From contig CAZDWC010000009.1 of assembly GCA_964509075.1 (NCBI GenBank), forward strand, positions 63,842 through 127,841: 64,000 bases of DNA, read 5' to 3'. The stretch comes from an uncultured Pseudomonadales bacterium. Lineage in GTDB: Bacteria > Pseudomonadota > Gammaproteobacteria > Pseudomonadales > UBA7239. This document shows, in pieces, positions 19,270 through 28,635 of the stretch; position 1 is the stretch's first letter; each line of letters begins with the position of its first letter. Below the pieces are notes generated by a model, which saw only the letters and a program-made list of their open reading frames with translations, made no database searches and had not been told where the DNA came from. The translations under genes were made by a program, and so were the position numbers.

Positions 19270-19635
19270 ATGGCAAAGATCCTCGCAGTTGATGATTCTG
19301 CATCCATGCGCCAGATGGTGGCGTTTACCTTGCAGGGGGCCGGGCATCAGGTTTCACAGGCCTGTGATGGTATGGATGCCATGAAGGTGGCTCAGGCACA
19401 AGGTGCTTTTGATCTGGTGATTTCCGATATCAACATGCCAAACATGGATGGTATCGAACTGGTCAAGCAGCTGAGAGCGATGAGTAATTTTCGCTTTACC
19501 CCGATATTGATGTTGACGACGGAGTCTGCGGCCGACAAGAAAGTTGAAGGCAAGGCTGCCGGCGCCACAGGCTGGATTGTCAAGCCGTTCAATCCTGAGC
19601 AGTTGCTGGCGACGATCAACAAAGTACTGGGTTGA
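19270..19635 (+). CDS. cheY: chemotaxis response regulator CheY (CheY2-like)
   Basis: 121 aa single-domain receiver: ILAVDDS, VISDINMPNMDG, LMLTTES, IVKPF. Confidence 0.9.
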   Translation: MAKILAVDDSASMRQMVAFTLQGAGHQVSQACDGMDAMKVAQAQGAFDLVISDINMPNMDGIELVKQLRAMSNFRFTPILMLTTESAADKKVEGKAAGATGWIVKPFNPEQLLATINKVLG

Positions 19636-19679
19636 TACAGCCTGCCTGACAGTGTGCAGCACTTCTGAGGGATGGTTCA

Positions 19680-21755
19680 GTGTCTATTGATATTTCGCAA
19701 TTTCATCAGGTTTTTTTCGAGGAAAGTCTCGAAGGTCTTGATGGCATGGAACAGGGATTGATGAATCTGGCGCTGGATGCCGTTGACAGCGAAACCATTA
19801 ATGCCATCTTTCGTGCAGCCCATTCCATCAAGGGCGGCAGTGCCACATTCGGCTTCTCGGCGATTGCCACATTTACCCATGTGCTGGAAACTTTGCTGGA
19901 CCAGATTCGCAATGGTCAGCGGCAAATCACACAGGCGCATGTCGATCTGTTTTTGCAGTCAGTGGATTGCCTGCGGCAGATGCTGGGAAGTTACCAGCAA
20001 CAACAGGAACCGGCTCCTGGTCTTTCCGCAAACCTGCAGTCGCAATTTGAGCAGATACTCAGTGGTGCAGAGCCGACAGCGGCAAAAGCGATATCCGTGC
20101 AAGATGCACAAGTCGTGTCCGGCTGGAATATCCGTTTCGTGCCCGAAAAACAAATGCTGGCTACTGGCAATGATCCCTTGCGCATGTTCCGTGAGTTGTC
20201 GGCAATGGGTGATACCCGTGTGCTGGCGCAGCTCGACAAATTGCCAACGCTGGATGAGTTGCACAGCGAGGATTGTTACCTGAGCTGGAATGTCGTCTTG
20301 CACGGAAACATTGATCATGATGCTGTCAGAGATGTTTTTGAATGGGTGACGGATGATGCCGAGGTTGTCATTGAAGCAATGCATGATGCCGGGATCGCTC
20401 AGGACCTTCCAAAGCCGCAGGTAGCAGAGCTGGATGCAGCTGCGCACGCATCACCAATACCGGTTTCAAAGCCAAAAGATATTTCACCCACAACAGCTTC
20501 AGCAAGCGCCGAGTCTTCATCCATCCGTGTGGCGATAGACAAGATTGATGCCCTGATCAATATGGTTGGCGAGCTGGTGATAACCCAGTCCATGTTGGGT
20601 GAATTGGGGAATGGCGATTTCGATATTTCCCGTTTACCAAAGCTTCAGGAAGGTTTGAGCCAGCTTGAGCACAATACGCGAGAGCTGCAGGAAAGTGTCA
20701 TGCGTATACGCATGTTGCCTATCAGTTTTGCTTTCAGTCGATTTCCGCGCATGGTGCGCGATCTTTCGCAAAGACTGGACAAGAAAATTGATCTGGTGAT
20801 GGTGGGTGAGAATACCGAACTCGACAAGACCGTGATGGAAAAAATCGGAGACCCACTGGTGCATCTGGTGCGCAATTCGGTGGATCACGGTATCGAGTCG
20901 CCGGAAATGCGTCGTGCTTCCGGCAAGGCGGAAACCGGCAGGATAACGTTGAATGCTTTTCATCAAGGTGGCAACGTCATGATCCAGATCTGTGACGATG
21001 GCGCAGGTCTCAATGTTGACAAGATACTCTCGAAAGCGATCGAGAAGGGGCTGGTTGGACATGATGAATCTCTCAGCCGGGAACAGATCCACGACCTCAT
21101 CTTTGCCCCGGGATTCTCAACGGCCGATGCCGTCAGTGATCTCTCCGGACGGGGCGTCGGCATGGATGTGGTACGAAGAAATATTCGCGATCTTGGCGGA
21201 ACCGTGGATGTGCGATCAGAGCCTGGCAAAGGTTCAACCTTCACCGTCCGTCTACCACTGACGCTGGCCATATTGGACGGTCAATTGGTGCGAGTGGGTG
21301 AGCAGACCTACATCCTGCCGTTGGTGTCTATTGTGGAGTCCCTGCAGGTTGATAGTGCCATGGTGAATGCTGTTGGCGGCGGCTGCAACGTGTTGCGTTT
21401 ACGCAATGAATACATTCCGATTGTTCGTCTCTACGAAGCTTTCAATATTGAGGCAGAGCATCGCGATCTGGAAGAAGGGTTGCTGGTTGTTGTTGAAAGT
21501 GCCGGCGAAAAAATTGGCCTTTTGGTTGATGATTTACAGGCGCAGCAACAAGTTGTCATTAAAAGTCTTGAGCAAAATTACCAACGGGTGGAAGGTGTTT
21601 CAGGAGCGACTATCCTTGGTGATGGCACGGTTGCGCTGATTCTGGATGTCACCGGTATCGTCCGTATTTCCGGGGTTCAACATCAGCAGCTACAGGATAC
21701 GCTGGTTTTCAGGAATCAGAGTCAGGCAATTTCGCACTCGGCTTCGATGGCCTGA
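19680..21755 (+). CDS. cheA: chemotaxis histidine kinase CheA
   Basis: 691 aa, GTG start. Hpt domain (RAAHSIKGGSATFG), HATPase (DDGAGL, GRGVGMDVV) and a C-terminal CheW-like domain. Confidence 0.93.
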   Translation: MSIDISQFHQVFFEESLEGLDGMEQGLMNLALDAVDSETINAIFRAAHSIKGGSATFGFSAIATFTHVLETLLDQIRNGQRQITQAHVDLFLQSVDCLRQMLGSYQQQQEPAPGLSANLQSQFEQILSGAEPTAAKAISVQDAQVVSGWNIRFVPEKQMLATGNDPLRMFRELSAMGDTRVLAQLDKLPTLDELHSEDCYLSWNVVLHGNIDHDAVRDVFEWVTDDAEVVIEAMHDAGIAQDLPKPQVAELDAAAHASPIPVSKPKDISPTTASASAESSSIRVAIDKIDALINMVGELVITQSMLGELGNGDFDISRLPKLQEGLSQLEHNTRELQESVMRIRMLPISFAFSRFPRMVRDLSQRLDKKIDLVMVGENTELDKTVMEKIGDPLVHLVRNSVDHGIESPEMRRASGKAETGRITLNAFHQGGNVMIQICDDGAGLNVDKILSKAIEKGLVGHDESLSREQIHDLIFAPGFSTADAVSDLSGRGVGMDVVRRNIRDLGGTVDVRSEPGKGSTFTVRLPLTLAILDGQLVRVGEQTYILPLVSIVESLQVDSAMVNAVGGGCNVLRLRNEYIPIVRLYEAFNIEAEHRDLEEGLLVVVESAGEKIGLLVDDLQAQQQVVIKSLEQNYQRVEGVSGATILGDGTVALILDVTGIVRISGVQHQQLQDTLVFRNQSQAISHSASMA

Positions 21756-21779
21756 GTTATTTCGCAAGAGGATCATGCA

Positions 21780-22340
21780 ATGTCAACAGTAGAGATGCAA
21801 TCGCAAGCGTCGACACGCGAGCTGGATATGCCGGTGACTGGCATGTTGTCAGACAGTGATCAATATCTCACCTTTATCATGAACAATGAAGAATACGGTG
21901 TGGATATTCTCTGTGTACAGGAAATTCGGGGCTGGGATAATGCCACGCCCTTGCCGAACGCGCCGCCACATATCAAGGGAGTGATCAATCTGCGTGGCAC
22001 AATTGTGCCTATCGTGGATTTACGCCAGTGCTTTGGTATGCAGTCGATTGAATATACAGCGGTGACCGTGGTTATCGTTTTGAAAATAAGGACAGAGGCA
22101 GGAAGTCGCACTGTGGGTATTGTGGTAGATGCGGTATCTGATGTGTATTCGCTATCGGATAACGAAATGAAAATGCCCCCGGATCTAGGCGAATCAGTTG
22201 ATGTTTCCTACATCAAGGGTCTTGTGACAGTAAACGGCAAGATGGTCATTCTGTTGCGTTTGGAAAAGCTGTTGGAAAGTAGCGCCTTACATCAGGAAGA
22301 AATGGGGGCCGCACTTGGCGGCTTGCGTCAATTGCATTGA
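21780..22340 (+). CDS. cheW: chemotaxis coupling protein CheW
   Basis: 186 aa. CheW-like domain (YLTFIMNNEEYGVDILCVQEIRGW...IKGVINLRGTIVPIVDLR). Confidence 0.9.
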   Translation: MSTVEMQSQASTRELDMPVTGMLSDSDQYLTFIMNNEEYGVDILCVQEIRGWDNATPLPNAPPHIKGVINLRGTIVPIVDLRQCFGMQSIEYTAVTVVIVLKIRTEAGSRTVGIVVDAVSDVYSLSDNEMKMPPDLGESVDVSYIKGLVTVNGKMVILLRLEKLLESSALHQEEMGAALGGLRQLH

Positions 22341-22384
22341 TTGGTTTTTTAACGTAGAGCCGAAATCTTAGGAGAGGTATCATC

Positions 22385-25300
22385 ATGAAGCTTCAGAAAG
22401 GAAAAGGTGATTTGCTGCGCAATATTCCTATTGCGTACAAAATGGGTGCGTTACTGCTTGTTGCTGCTGTGGCGGTGATTTTTCTCAGTATGAAGACTGT
22501 CAGCGCCATCAACGACAGTATCAGACTGACGCGCAGCGAGATGGGGGGGGCAAATTACATGCGCTCCATTCTCAAGATAACAAACGATTTTATGCCTGAA
22601 TATCGCGAGCATTTGGCTAGCTACCATTCGGGGTATGCGCCAGCGGCTAATGATTTGGGTAAAGTGCGTGCAGAAATTGATGCTCTGCAGAAAGAAGTGG
22701 TGTCGGCTAATGAGCAATACGGTGGTGTTATTGATGCATCAAGTGAGGTAAATCTCTTTCTGGATCAGTGGGAGAGTGTCAAGCGTGATGGTGCCGGGTG
22801 GAGCGTCAAGGAAGCGGAGGAAAATGTATCTGCTGCCATTATCACTGGTCAAAAAGCAGTGAAGAAAATTGCGGACAAGTCAGGATTGTCTTTGGATCCG
22901 CAGTCAGATACCTATTTTCTAATGGCAACACTAGTGGATGTATTGCCGGTGTCGATGGACTCGGCTGGTCATATCAAGGCAATTTCATCGCGAATTGAAT
23001 CTCTGTCAGAGGGTGCTCAGATTGCTTACTCTGAAGTTGGTTGGTTGGCTGGGTCGGCTAAATTATTGGAGGCCAACAATATTAATTTGTTGCGTTATCT
23101 TGGTACGGCCGCCCTGGAGAATGTTGCGCTCAAGGGTATTGCTGAAAATGCAGATAAATCTGTAAATAGCTCTAATGAGTTAATTGCTGTGGTGGGTAAC
23201 TTTCTTGAGGTTCAGAAAAAAAACACCAATATGAAAACCCTCGCAAGTAGTACCTATGATGAGCTTGATTTTTTGCATGACGAAGCTGATGGTATGCTTT
23301 ATAAGTTGCTTCAAGAAAGAGAACAGTCGCTGGTTTATGAGAGGAATGTATTGGTTTTTGAAATGGCATCTGTGCTGATATTCATGGTCGTCGTCTGCTA
23401 TATGGTGGCTATCGGTACAATCAGGCCTATACGTAGAATGACAGAAATATTCAAATTAATTTCACAGGAAAAGTACGATAACGAAATTACAGAGCAGCGA
23501 AAAGATGAAATGGGGGAGTTGTTGTGCGAGCTGGTTGGTATGCAGAACATGCTGAGGCAGTCTCGTGATGCAATGGTTGAGCAGATGCGTGAGACTACTC
23601 GGATCAAGCAGGGGCTTGATGCCGTAAATGCAAATGCCATGATTGCTGATCCGGATGGAAATATTGTCTATCTCAATAAATCGGTTTCTGAAATGCTCAA
23701 GGTGGCAGAAAGCGATATTCGCAAGGATTTGCCGAAGTTTGATACCGGAAAATTGATGGGGGCTAATATTGATGTCTTCCATAAGAATCCTTCGCATCAG
23801 CGCAATATGCTGGGTGCATTGAAGGACACTTATCGAGCCCAGATTGTAGTAGGCGGTCGCACGTTCTCGCTGATTGCGAATCCTATTTTTAATGAGGCCA
23901 ATGAGCGTTTGGGTACCATTGTCGAGTGGGCTGATCGCACGGAAGAGCTGGCTAAGCTTGAGCGTGAGCGCGTGGCCAATAACGCCAATGCCCGGACCAA
24001 ACAGGCGCTGGATTCCGTTACGGCCAACGCGATGATTGCTGACCCGGATGGCAACGTGGTTTATATGAACAATGCGGTGGAGAGCATGCTGCGCAATGTT
24101 GAAGCTGACCTGCGTAAGGCGCTTCCGCATTTCAGTGTTGATAAGGTTGTCGGTGCCAATATTGATATTTTTCACAAGAATCCTTCGCATCAGCGCAATC
24201 TTTTGGCTAACTTGACTACTACTTATCGGGCGCAAATTGAAGTGGCAGGAAAGACTTTTGCCTTGATCGCCAATCCTGTGAGCAATGAGCAGGGCGAGCG
24301 TATCGGCACGGTGGTTGAGTGGAACGACCGCACTGCTGAAGTCGCCATTGAAAAAGAAATTGATGTTCTGGTTGATGCTGCTTCGAGTGGTGACTTTACG
24401 CGTCAGGTTTCTCTGGACGGAAAAGTTGGTTTCTTCCTTAATCTGGCTAAAGGCTTGAACAAGCTGGTGGAGACTACGGAGTTAGGCATCAATGATGTGT
24501 TGCGCACTTTGGGTGCAATGGCCAAAGGCGATATGACCGTTCGTATTACTCGTGAATATCAAGGCGCATTTGAACAATTAAAGATTAACTCGAATGCCAC
24601 TGCAGAAAAACTCACCGAAATCATCAGTGAGATTAACCAGGCGGCAGCAACTATTTCTAACGGTGCCAATGAAATTGCGCAGGGCAATACCGATTTGAGC
24701 CAGCGTACGGAAGAGCAGGCTTCAAGTCTTGAGGAAACCGCGTCGAGCATGGAACAAATGACCAGCACTGTTAAACAAAGTGCCGAAAATGCCAAACACG
24801 CGAATAGTCTTGCGCAGGAGGCTCAGCAGAAAGCGCGCAGTGGTGGCGAAGTGGTGTCGAAAGCAGTGTCTGCGATGCAGGCGATCAACAGTGCTAGCAA
24901 GAAAATTGCCGACATCATTGGTGTCATTGATGAAATTGCTTTCCAGACCAACTTGCTCGCGCTCAATGCAGCGGTAGAGGCGGCGCGCGCGGGTGAACAG
25001 GGCCGGGGATTTGCTGTGGTGGCAGGTGAGGTGCGCAATCTCGCGCAGCGCTCGGCAGATGCGGCAAAAGAAATCAAAGGGCTGATTCAGGACAGTGTTG
25101 TCAAGGTTGAAGATGGTAGCAAGCTGGTCAATGAGTCAGGCTATACCTTGCAGGAAATTGTGGAAGCGGTGCAGAAAGTCAGTTCGATGATGCAGGATAT
25201 TGCCTCCGCTGCTGCTGAGCAGACTGCCGGCATCGAGCAGGTTAATACGGCTGTGACACAAATGGATGCAATGACGCAGCAAAATGCTGCGCTGGTGGAA

Positions 25301-25507
25301 GAGGCCTCGGCTGCCGGTGAAGCAATGGCCGAACAGGCATCCAATCTTGCGAAGATGATGCGCTTTTTTACGGTCGCAGGTATGGAGTCTTCTGCATTGA
25401 CAGCGCCAACCATGCGCGCGCCTCGCTCTGCACCAGCCAGGCAGATTTCTGCTCGTGCCACCAGTCGTTCCTCAGATTCTGCTGATGATGACTGGAATGA
25501 ATTCTAG
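22385..25507 (+). CDS. methyl-accepting chemotaxis protein with periplasmic domain, two tandem PAS domains and a C-terminal xWxxF pentapeptide
   Basis: 1040 aa. Two TM segments flank a periplasmic region of about 300 aa. These are followed by a HAMP domain, a duplicated PAS module (..[10 protein letters not shown].. twice), a second HAMP domain and the MCP signalling domain ([43 protein letters not shown]). The protein ends in ...DDDWNEF. Confidence 0.93.
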   Translation: MKLQKGKGDLLRNIPIAYKMGALLLVAAVAVIFLSMKTVSAINDSIRLTRSEMGGANYMRSILKITNDFMPEYREHLASYHSGYAPAANDLGKVRAEIDALQKEVVSANEQYGGVIDASSEVNLFLDQWESVKRDGAGWSVKEAEENVSAAIITGQKAVKKIADKSGLSLDPQSDTYFLMATLVDVLPVSMDSAGHIKAISSRIESLSEGAQIAYSEVGWLAGSAKLLEANNINLLRYLGTAALENVALKGIAENADKSVNSSNELIAVVGNFLEVQKKNTNMKTLASSTYDELDFLHDEADGMLYKLLQEREQSLVYERNVLVFEMASVLIFMVVVCYMVAIGTIRPIRRMTEIFKLISQEKYDNEITEQRKDEMGELLCELVGMQNMLRQSRDAMVEQMRETTRIKQGLDAVNANAMIADPDGNIVYLNKSVSEMLKVAESDIRKDLPKFDTGKLMGANIDVFHKNPSHQRNMLGALKDTYRAQIVVGGRTFSLIANPIFNEANERLGTIVEWADRTEELAKLERERVANNANARTKQALDSVTANAMIADPDGNVVYMNNAVESMLRNVEADLRKALPHFSVDKVVGANIDIFHKNPSHQRNLLANLTTTYRAQIEVAGKTFALIANPVSNEQGERIGTVVEWNDRTAEVAIEKEIDVLVDAASSGDFTRQVSLDGKVGFFLNLAKGLNKLVETTELGINDVLRTLGAMAKGDMTVRITREYQGAFEQLKINSNATAEKLTEIISEINQAAATISNGANEIAQGNTDLSQRTEEQASSLEETASSMEQMTSTVKQSAENAKHANSLAQEAQQKARSGGEVVSKAVSAMQAINSASKKIADIIGVIDEIAFQTNLLALNAAVEAARAGEQGRGFAVVAGEVRNLAQRSADAAKEIKGLIQDSVVKVEDGSKLVNESGYTLQEIVEAVQKVSSMMQDIASAAAEQTAGIEQVNTAVTQMDAMTQQNAALVEEASAAGEAMAEQASNLAKMMRFFTVAGMESSALTAPTMRAPRSAPARQISARATSRSSDSADDDWNEF

Positions 25508-25572
25508 GCTTTTATGGCGGATAGTTTACGAGTGCGCGGATTGTTTTGATCGTTCATTTGAGAGTGGCAAGC

Positions 25573-26430
25573 ATGTTGCAGGACAGCAATTCGCATGAAC
25601 AGCGTGAATTTCCCATGTCGGAAGCCAATTTTTCGGCATTGAGCAAGCGCATTTATCACTTGGCTGGTATTAGTCTCAGTCCACATAAGAAACAATTGGT
25701 ATACAGCCGTATCGCAAAACGCATTCGCACGCTCGGACTGCGTTCATTTGATGATTATTGCCAGGTGGTAAATGATGATGATTCGCCAGAGATAACCGAA
25801 TTTATCAATGCTATCACAACTAACCTTACTTCTTTTTTCAGAGAGAATCATCATTTCGATTTTCTGAAAAGCCATGTGATTCCGGAGCTGAAGCAAGTGC
25901 ACCGTACAGACAGGCGCATACGCGTCTGGTCTGCAGGCTGCTCCACCGGTGAAGAGCCGTATTCCATCGCTGCGACCATGAATTCGCAATTAGCCAATGA
26001 GAATTGGGATTTGCGCATTCTGGCTACAGATCTGGACAGCAATGTACTTGCCCATGCCAGGCAGGGCATCTATGCCTCTGACAAGGTTGAGTCACTGGAT
26101 GACGTGCAAAAAAAACTTCTGTTCGAACGTCGCAATCAGGATGGAGCTATGGCGGTCAAGCAGTCTCTGCGACAGCTGATCACTTTCAATCAGCTGAACC
26201 TGATGCAAAATTGGCCGATGTCAGGTCCATTCGATGTTATTTTCTGTCGGAATGTGATGATCTATTTTGACAAGCCGACTCAGAAGCAGTTATTTGAAAA
26301 ATTCCACAGTCTTTTATCGAACAGCGGCTATTTGCTAATCGGGCACTCGGAGTCCATGCATGGCATGGACAGGAAGTTTCGCAATCTGGGCAAGACCATG
26401 TATCAGAAGGCAGCTACATGGAGCGCCTGA
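25573..26430 (+). CDS. cheR: chemotaxis protein methyltransferase CheR
   Basis: CheR N-terminal helical domain plus a SAM-MTase domain (RVWSAGCSTGEEPYSIA, FCRNVMIYFD). ATG 25573 is chosen over the upstream TTG 25546. Confidence 0.9.
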   Translation: MLQDSNSHEQREFPMSEANFSALSKRIYHLAGISLSPHKKQLVYSRIAKRIRTLGLRSFDDYCQVVNDDDSPEITEFINAITTNLTSFFRENHHFDFLKSHVIPELKQVHRTDRRIRVWSAGCSTGEEPYSIAATMNSQLANENWDLRILATDLDSNVLAHARQGIYASDKVESLDDVQKKLLFERRNQDGAMAVKQSLRQLITFNQLNLMQNWPMSGPFDVIFCRNVMIYFDKPTQKQLFEKFHSLLSNSGYLLIGHSESMHGMDRKFRNLGKTMYQKAATWSA

Positions 26431-27092
26431 TTGCTGGAAGGGAGATGCGTTCGGCCATGCCGCCGTGGCCTCCAGTGCGTCAGGAATTTCTGCACGTCAA
26501 CCGATATTGGGATAACCAGAACCAGTGTTTTGTGGCCAAGATACTTCCCGGTGAGTTTTTTGTATCGGAGCATGGCGAGGCAGTCGCCACGACGCTGGGC
26601 TCCTGTATATCTGCATGCGTCCGTGATCCGTTCCGCGGTGTTGGTGGCATGAATCACTTCATGTTGCCTATCCAGGGAGAAGGCAATGAATGTTGGCAGA
26701 AGGATTTCAACAGTTTGCCGTCGCGTTACGGCAACTGGGCGATGGAATACCTGATTAATGAGGTCATGAAATATGGCGGCAAGAAGCACAATCTAGAAGT
26801 GAAAGTTGTCGGTGGCGGGCATGTGCTGAGCGGCATGAGACAGAATCCTGTCGGCGAGAGAAATATTGAATTTGTTTTTGACTGGTTGAAGAAAGAGGGT
26901 TTTACCATTTCCGGTTCAGATGTGGGTGACAAGTATCCACGTAAGGTGATGTATTTTCCTGAAACAGGTGCGGTGAGAGTCAAGAAGCTGCGTACCTTGT
27001 CCAATGAGACAATCGCCCAGCGTGAGACTGCATATCAACGTACTATCGAGAAAGATTCAGGTAAGGATGCTGGAAATGTCGAATTGTTCTGA
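26418..27092 (+). CDS. cheD: chemoreceptor glutamine deamidase CheD
   Basis: 224 aa. CheD pattern (TTLGSCISACVRDP, GGMNHFMLP). It overlaps the cheR end by 13 nt. Confidence 0.85.
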   Translation: MERLIAGREMRSAMPPWPPVRQEFLHVNRYWDNQNQCFVAKILPGEFFVSEHGEAVATTLGSCISACVRDPFRGVGGMNHFMLPIQGEGNECWQKDFNSLPSRYGNWAMEYLINEVMKYGGKKHNLEVKVVGGGHVLSGMRQNPVGERNIEFVFDWLKKEGFTISGSDVGDKYPRKVMYFPETGAVRVKKLRTLSNETIAQRETAYQRTIEKDSGKDAGNVELF

Positions 27093-27115
27093 TAACTGGA
27101 GTTGAGGTGTAACTC

Positions 27116-28189
27116 ATGGAACAGGCTAAGAGCAGGGCTTCAGGACAGACGATCAGGGTTGTTGTGGTCGATGATTCTGCTGTCATACGTGCTGTATTGA
27201 AGGAAATTCTGGAATCGGATACCCGTATTGAAGTGGTGGCTGTGGCTGTCGATGCTCATGATGCCCGTGAAAAAATCAAGCAGTTCAATCCGGATGTCAT
27301 CACTCTGGATATTGAAATGCCGCGCATGGATGGCATCACGTTCCTGCGCAATATCATGCGCCTGCGGCCAATGCCGGTTGTGATGGTATCCACACTGACA
27401 GCGGCGGGTGCGCCTGTGACGCTGGAAGCGCTGGAAATTGGTGCCATTGACTACATAGCCAAGCCGCAGGCGGGTAATGGTGATCTCAGAGACTATAGTG
27501 CGACTATCATTCACAAGGTGGTGGGAGCTGCGCGTGCGAATGTGCGCGCGATGGATGACGTTCGCGCCCAGCAAGGCCAGCACACCCAGTTGACTTTGCC
27601 GGCCGGTAAAAAGTTACGGCATAACTACCTGTGCGCGATTGGTGCATCTACGGGTGGCACAGAAGCAATCATGCAAGTGGTTTCAATGTTGCCGGCCAAT
27701 TCACCGCCTGTCGTGATAACCCAGCATATTCCTGAAGCATTCAGTACCTCTTTTGCACAACGGCTCAATTCTCGCTGTGCCATTACTGTCTATGAGGCCA
27801 AGGATGGACAACTTGTTGAACCGGGCTGTGCCTATCTCGCTCCCGGTGATGACCATCTGTTGATCCGCAAGTCTGCGCGCGGATATGTCTGTGTGCTTGA
27901 AAAGTCGGAGAAGGTGAATCGGCACAGGCCGTCTGTCGATATGTTATTTGATTCGGTTGTTCAGGCAGCGGGGGATAATGCCTGCGGCATATTGTTGACC
28001 GGCATGGGAGCCGACGGCGCGAAAGGTTTGCTGAACATGCGCATGGCCGGTGCAATAACCGTGGCGCAGGATGAGTCTACCAGTGTGGTATGGGGTATGC
28101 CCGGTGCTGCAGTCAAGATGGACGCTGCCTGCAAGGTGTTGCCCTTGCACAAGGTGGCGCAGTTTATCCTGCATGATGCATTTGTATGA
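27116..28189 (+). CDS. cheB: chemotaxis methylesterase/response regulator CheB
   Basis: 357 aa. Receiver (VVVDDS, ITLDIEMPRMDG) plus a methylesterase domain (IGASTGG, MGADGA). Confidence 0.92.
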   Translation: MEQAKSRASGQTIRVVVVDDSAVIRAVLKEILESDTRIEVVAVAVDAHDAREKIKQFNPDVITLDIEMPRMDGITFLRNIMRLRPMPVVMVSTLTAAGAPVTLEALEIGAIDYIAKPQAGNGDLRDYSATIIHKVVGAARANVRAMDDVRAQQGQHTQLTLPAGKKLRHNYLCAIGASTGGTEAIMQVVSMLPANSPPVVITQHIPEAFSTSFAQRLNSRCAITVYEAKDGQLVEPGCAYLAPGDDHLLIRKSARGYVCVLEKSEKVNRHRPSVDMLFDSVVQAAGDNACGILLTGMGADGAKGLLNMRMAGAITVAQDESTSVVWGMPGAAVKMDAACKVLPLHKVAQFILHDAFV

Positions 28190-28317
28190 TGAACAAATTT
28201 GCAAACTTTTATGCAAGGCTGGATAGCTTGTCTATAGTTAGAAAAGAGGATCAACGCCGTCAGGTGCTGATCATGGCACAACCCGGTTTTGAACAGCAAT
28301 GTTGAAAAGAGGATGTT

Positions 28318-28623
28318 ATGAGCTTTACAACTGATTATTCGAATGCAAGTCACGAGCTTAAAATCAACATTGAGGGGCGTTTCGATTTCAGTGCCCATCA
28401 GGAATTTCGCAATTGCTATGAAAGCCTGAATGACAAGCCGGGTGCATATTGTCTTGATATGGCTTCTGCAACGTATCTGGACAGTTCTGCACTGGGTATG
28501 CTTCTGCTGCTCAGGGATCATGCCGGTGGCGACAAGGCGAATATCCGTATCGTGAATTGCAACCCGGATGTCAAAAAAATACTTACGATTTCCAACTTCC
28601 AGCAGTTGTTTACTATCCAGTAG
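28318..28623 (+). CDS. STAS-domain anti-sigma-factor antagonist (HsbA/SpoIIAA-like)
   Basis: 101 aa. Has the canonical phosphorylatable motif YLDSSALGMLLLL. AGAGGA lies upstream of the ATG. Confidence 0.85.
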   Translation: MSFTTDYSNASHELKINIEGRFDFSAHQEFRNCYESLNDKPGAYCLDMASATYLDSSALGMLLLLRDHAGGDKANIRIVNCNPDVKKILTISNFQQLFTIQ

Positions 28624-28635
28624 CCTGGATGAACC

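Noticed and set aside
23462-24235. 257-aa ORF on the minus strand
   Set aside because: It is antisense to the duplicated PAS region of the MCP. Its apparent internal repetition only mirrors the PAS duplication on the plus strand.
28274-28290. TGGCAC hexamer upstream of the second STAS gene
   Set aside because: It is a good -24 element, but no GC dinucleotide lies at the -12 position (the sequence reads GGTT). It is not called as a sigma54 promoter.
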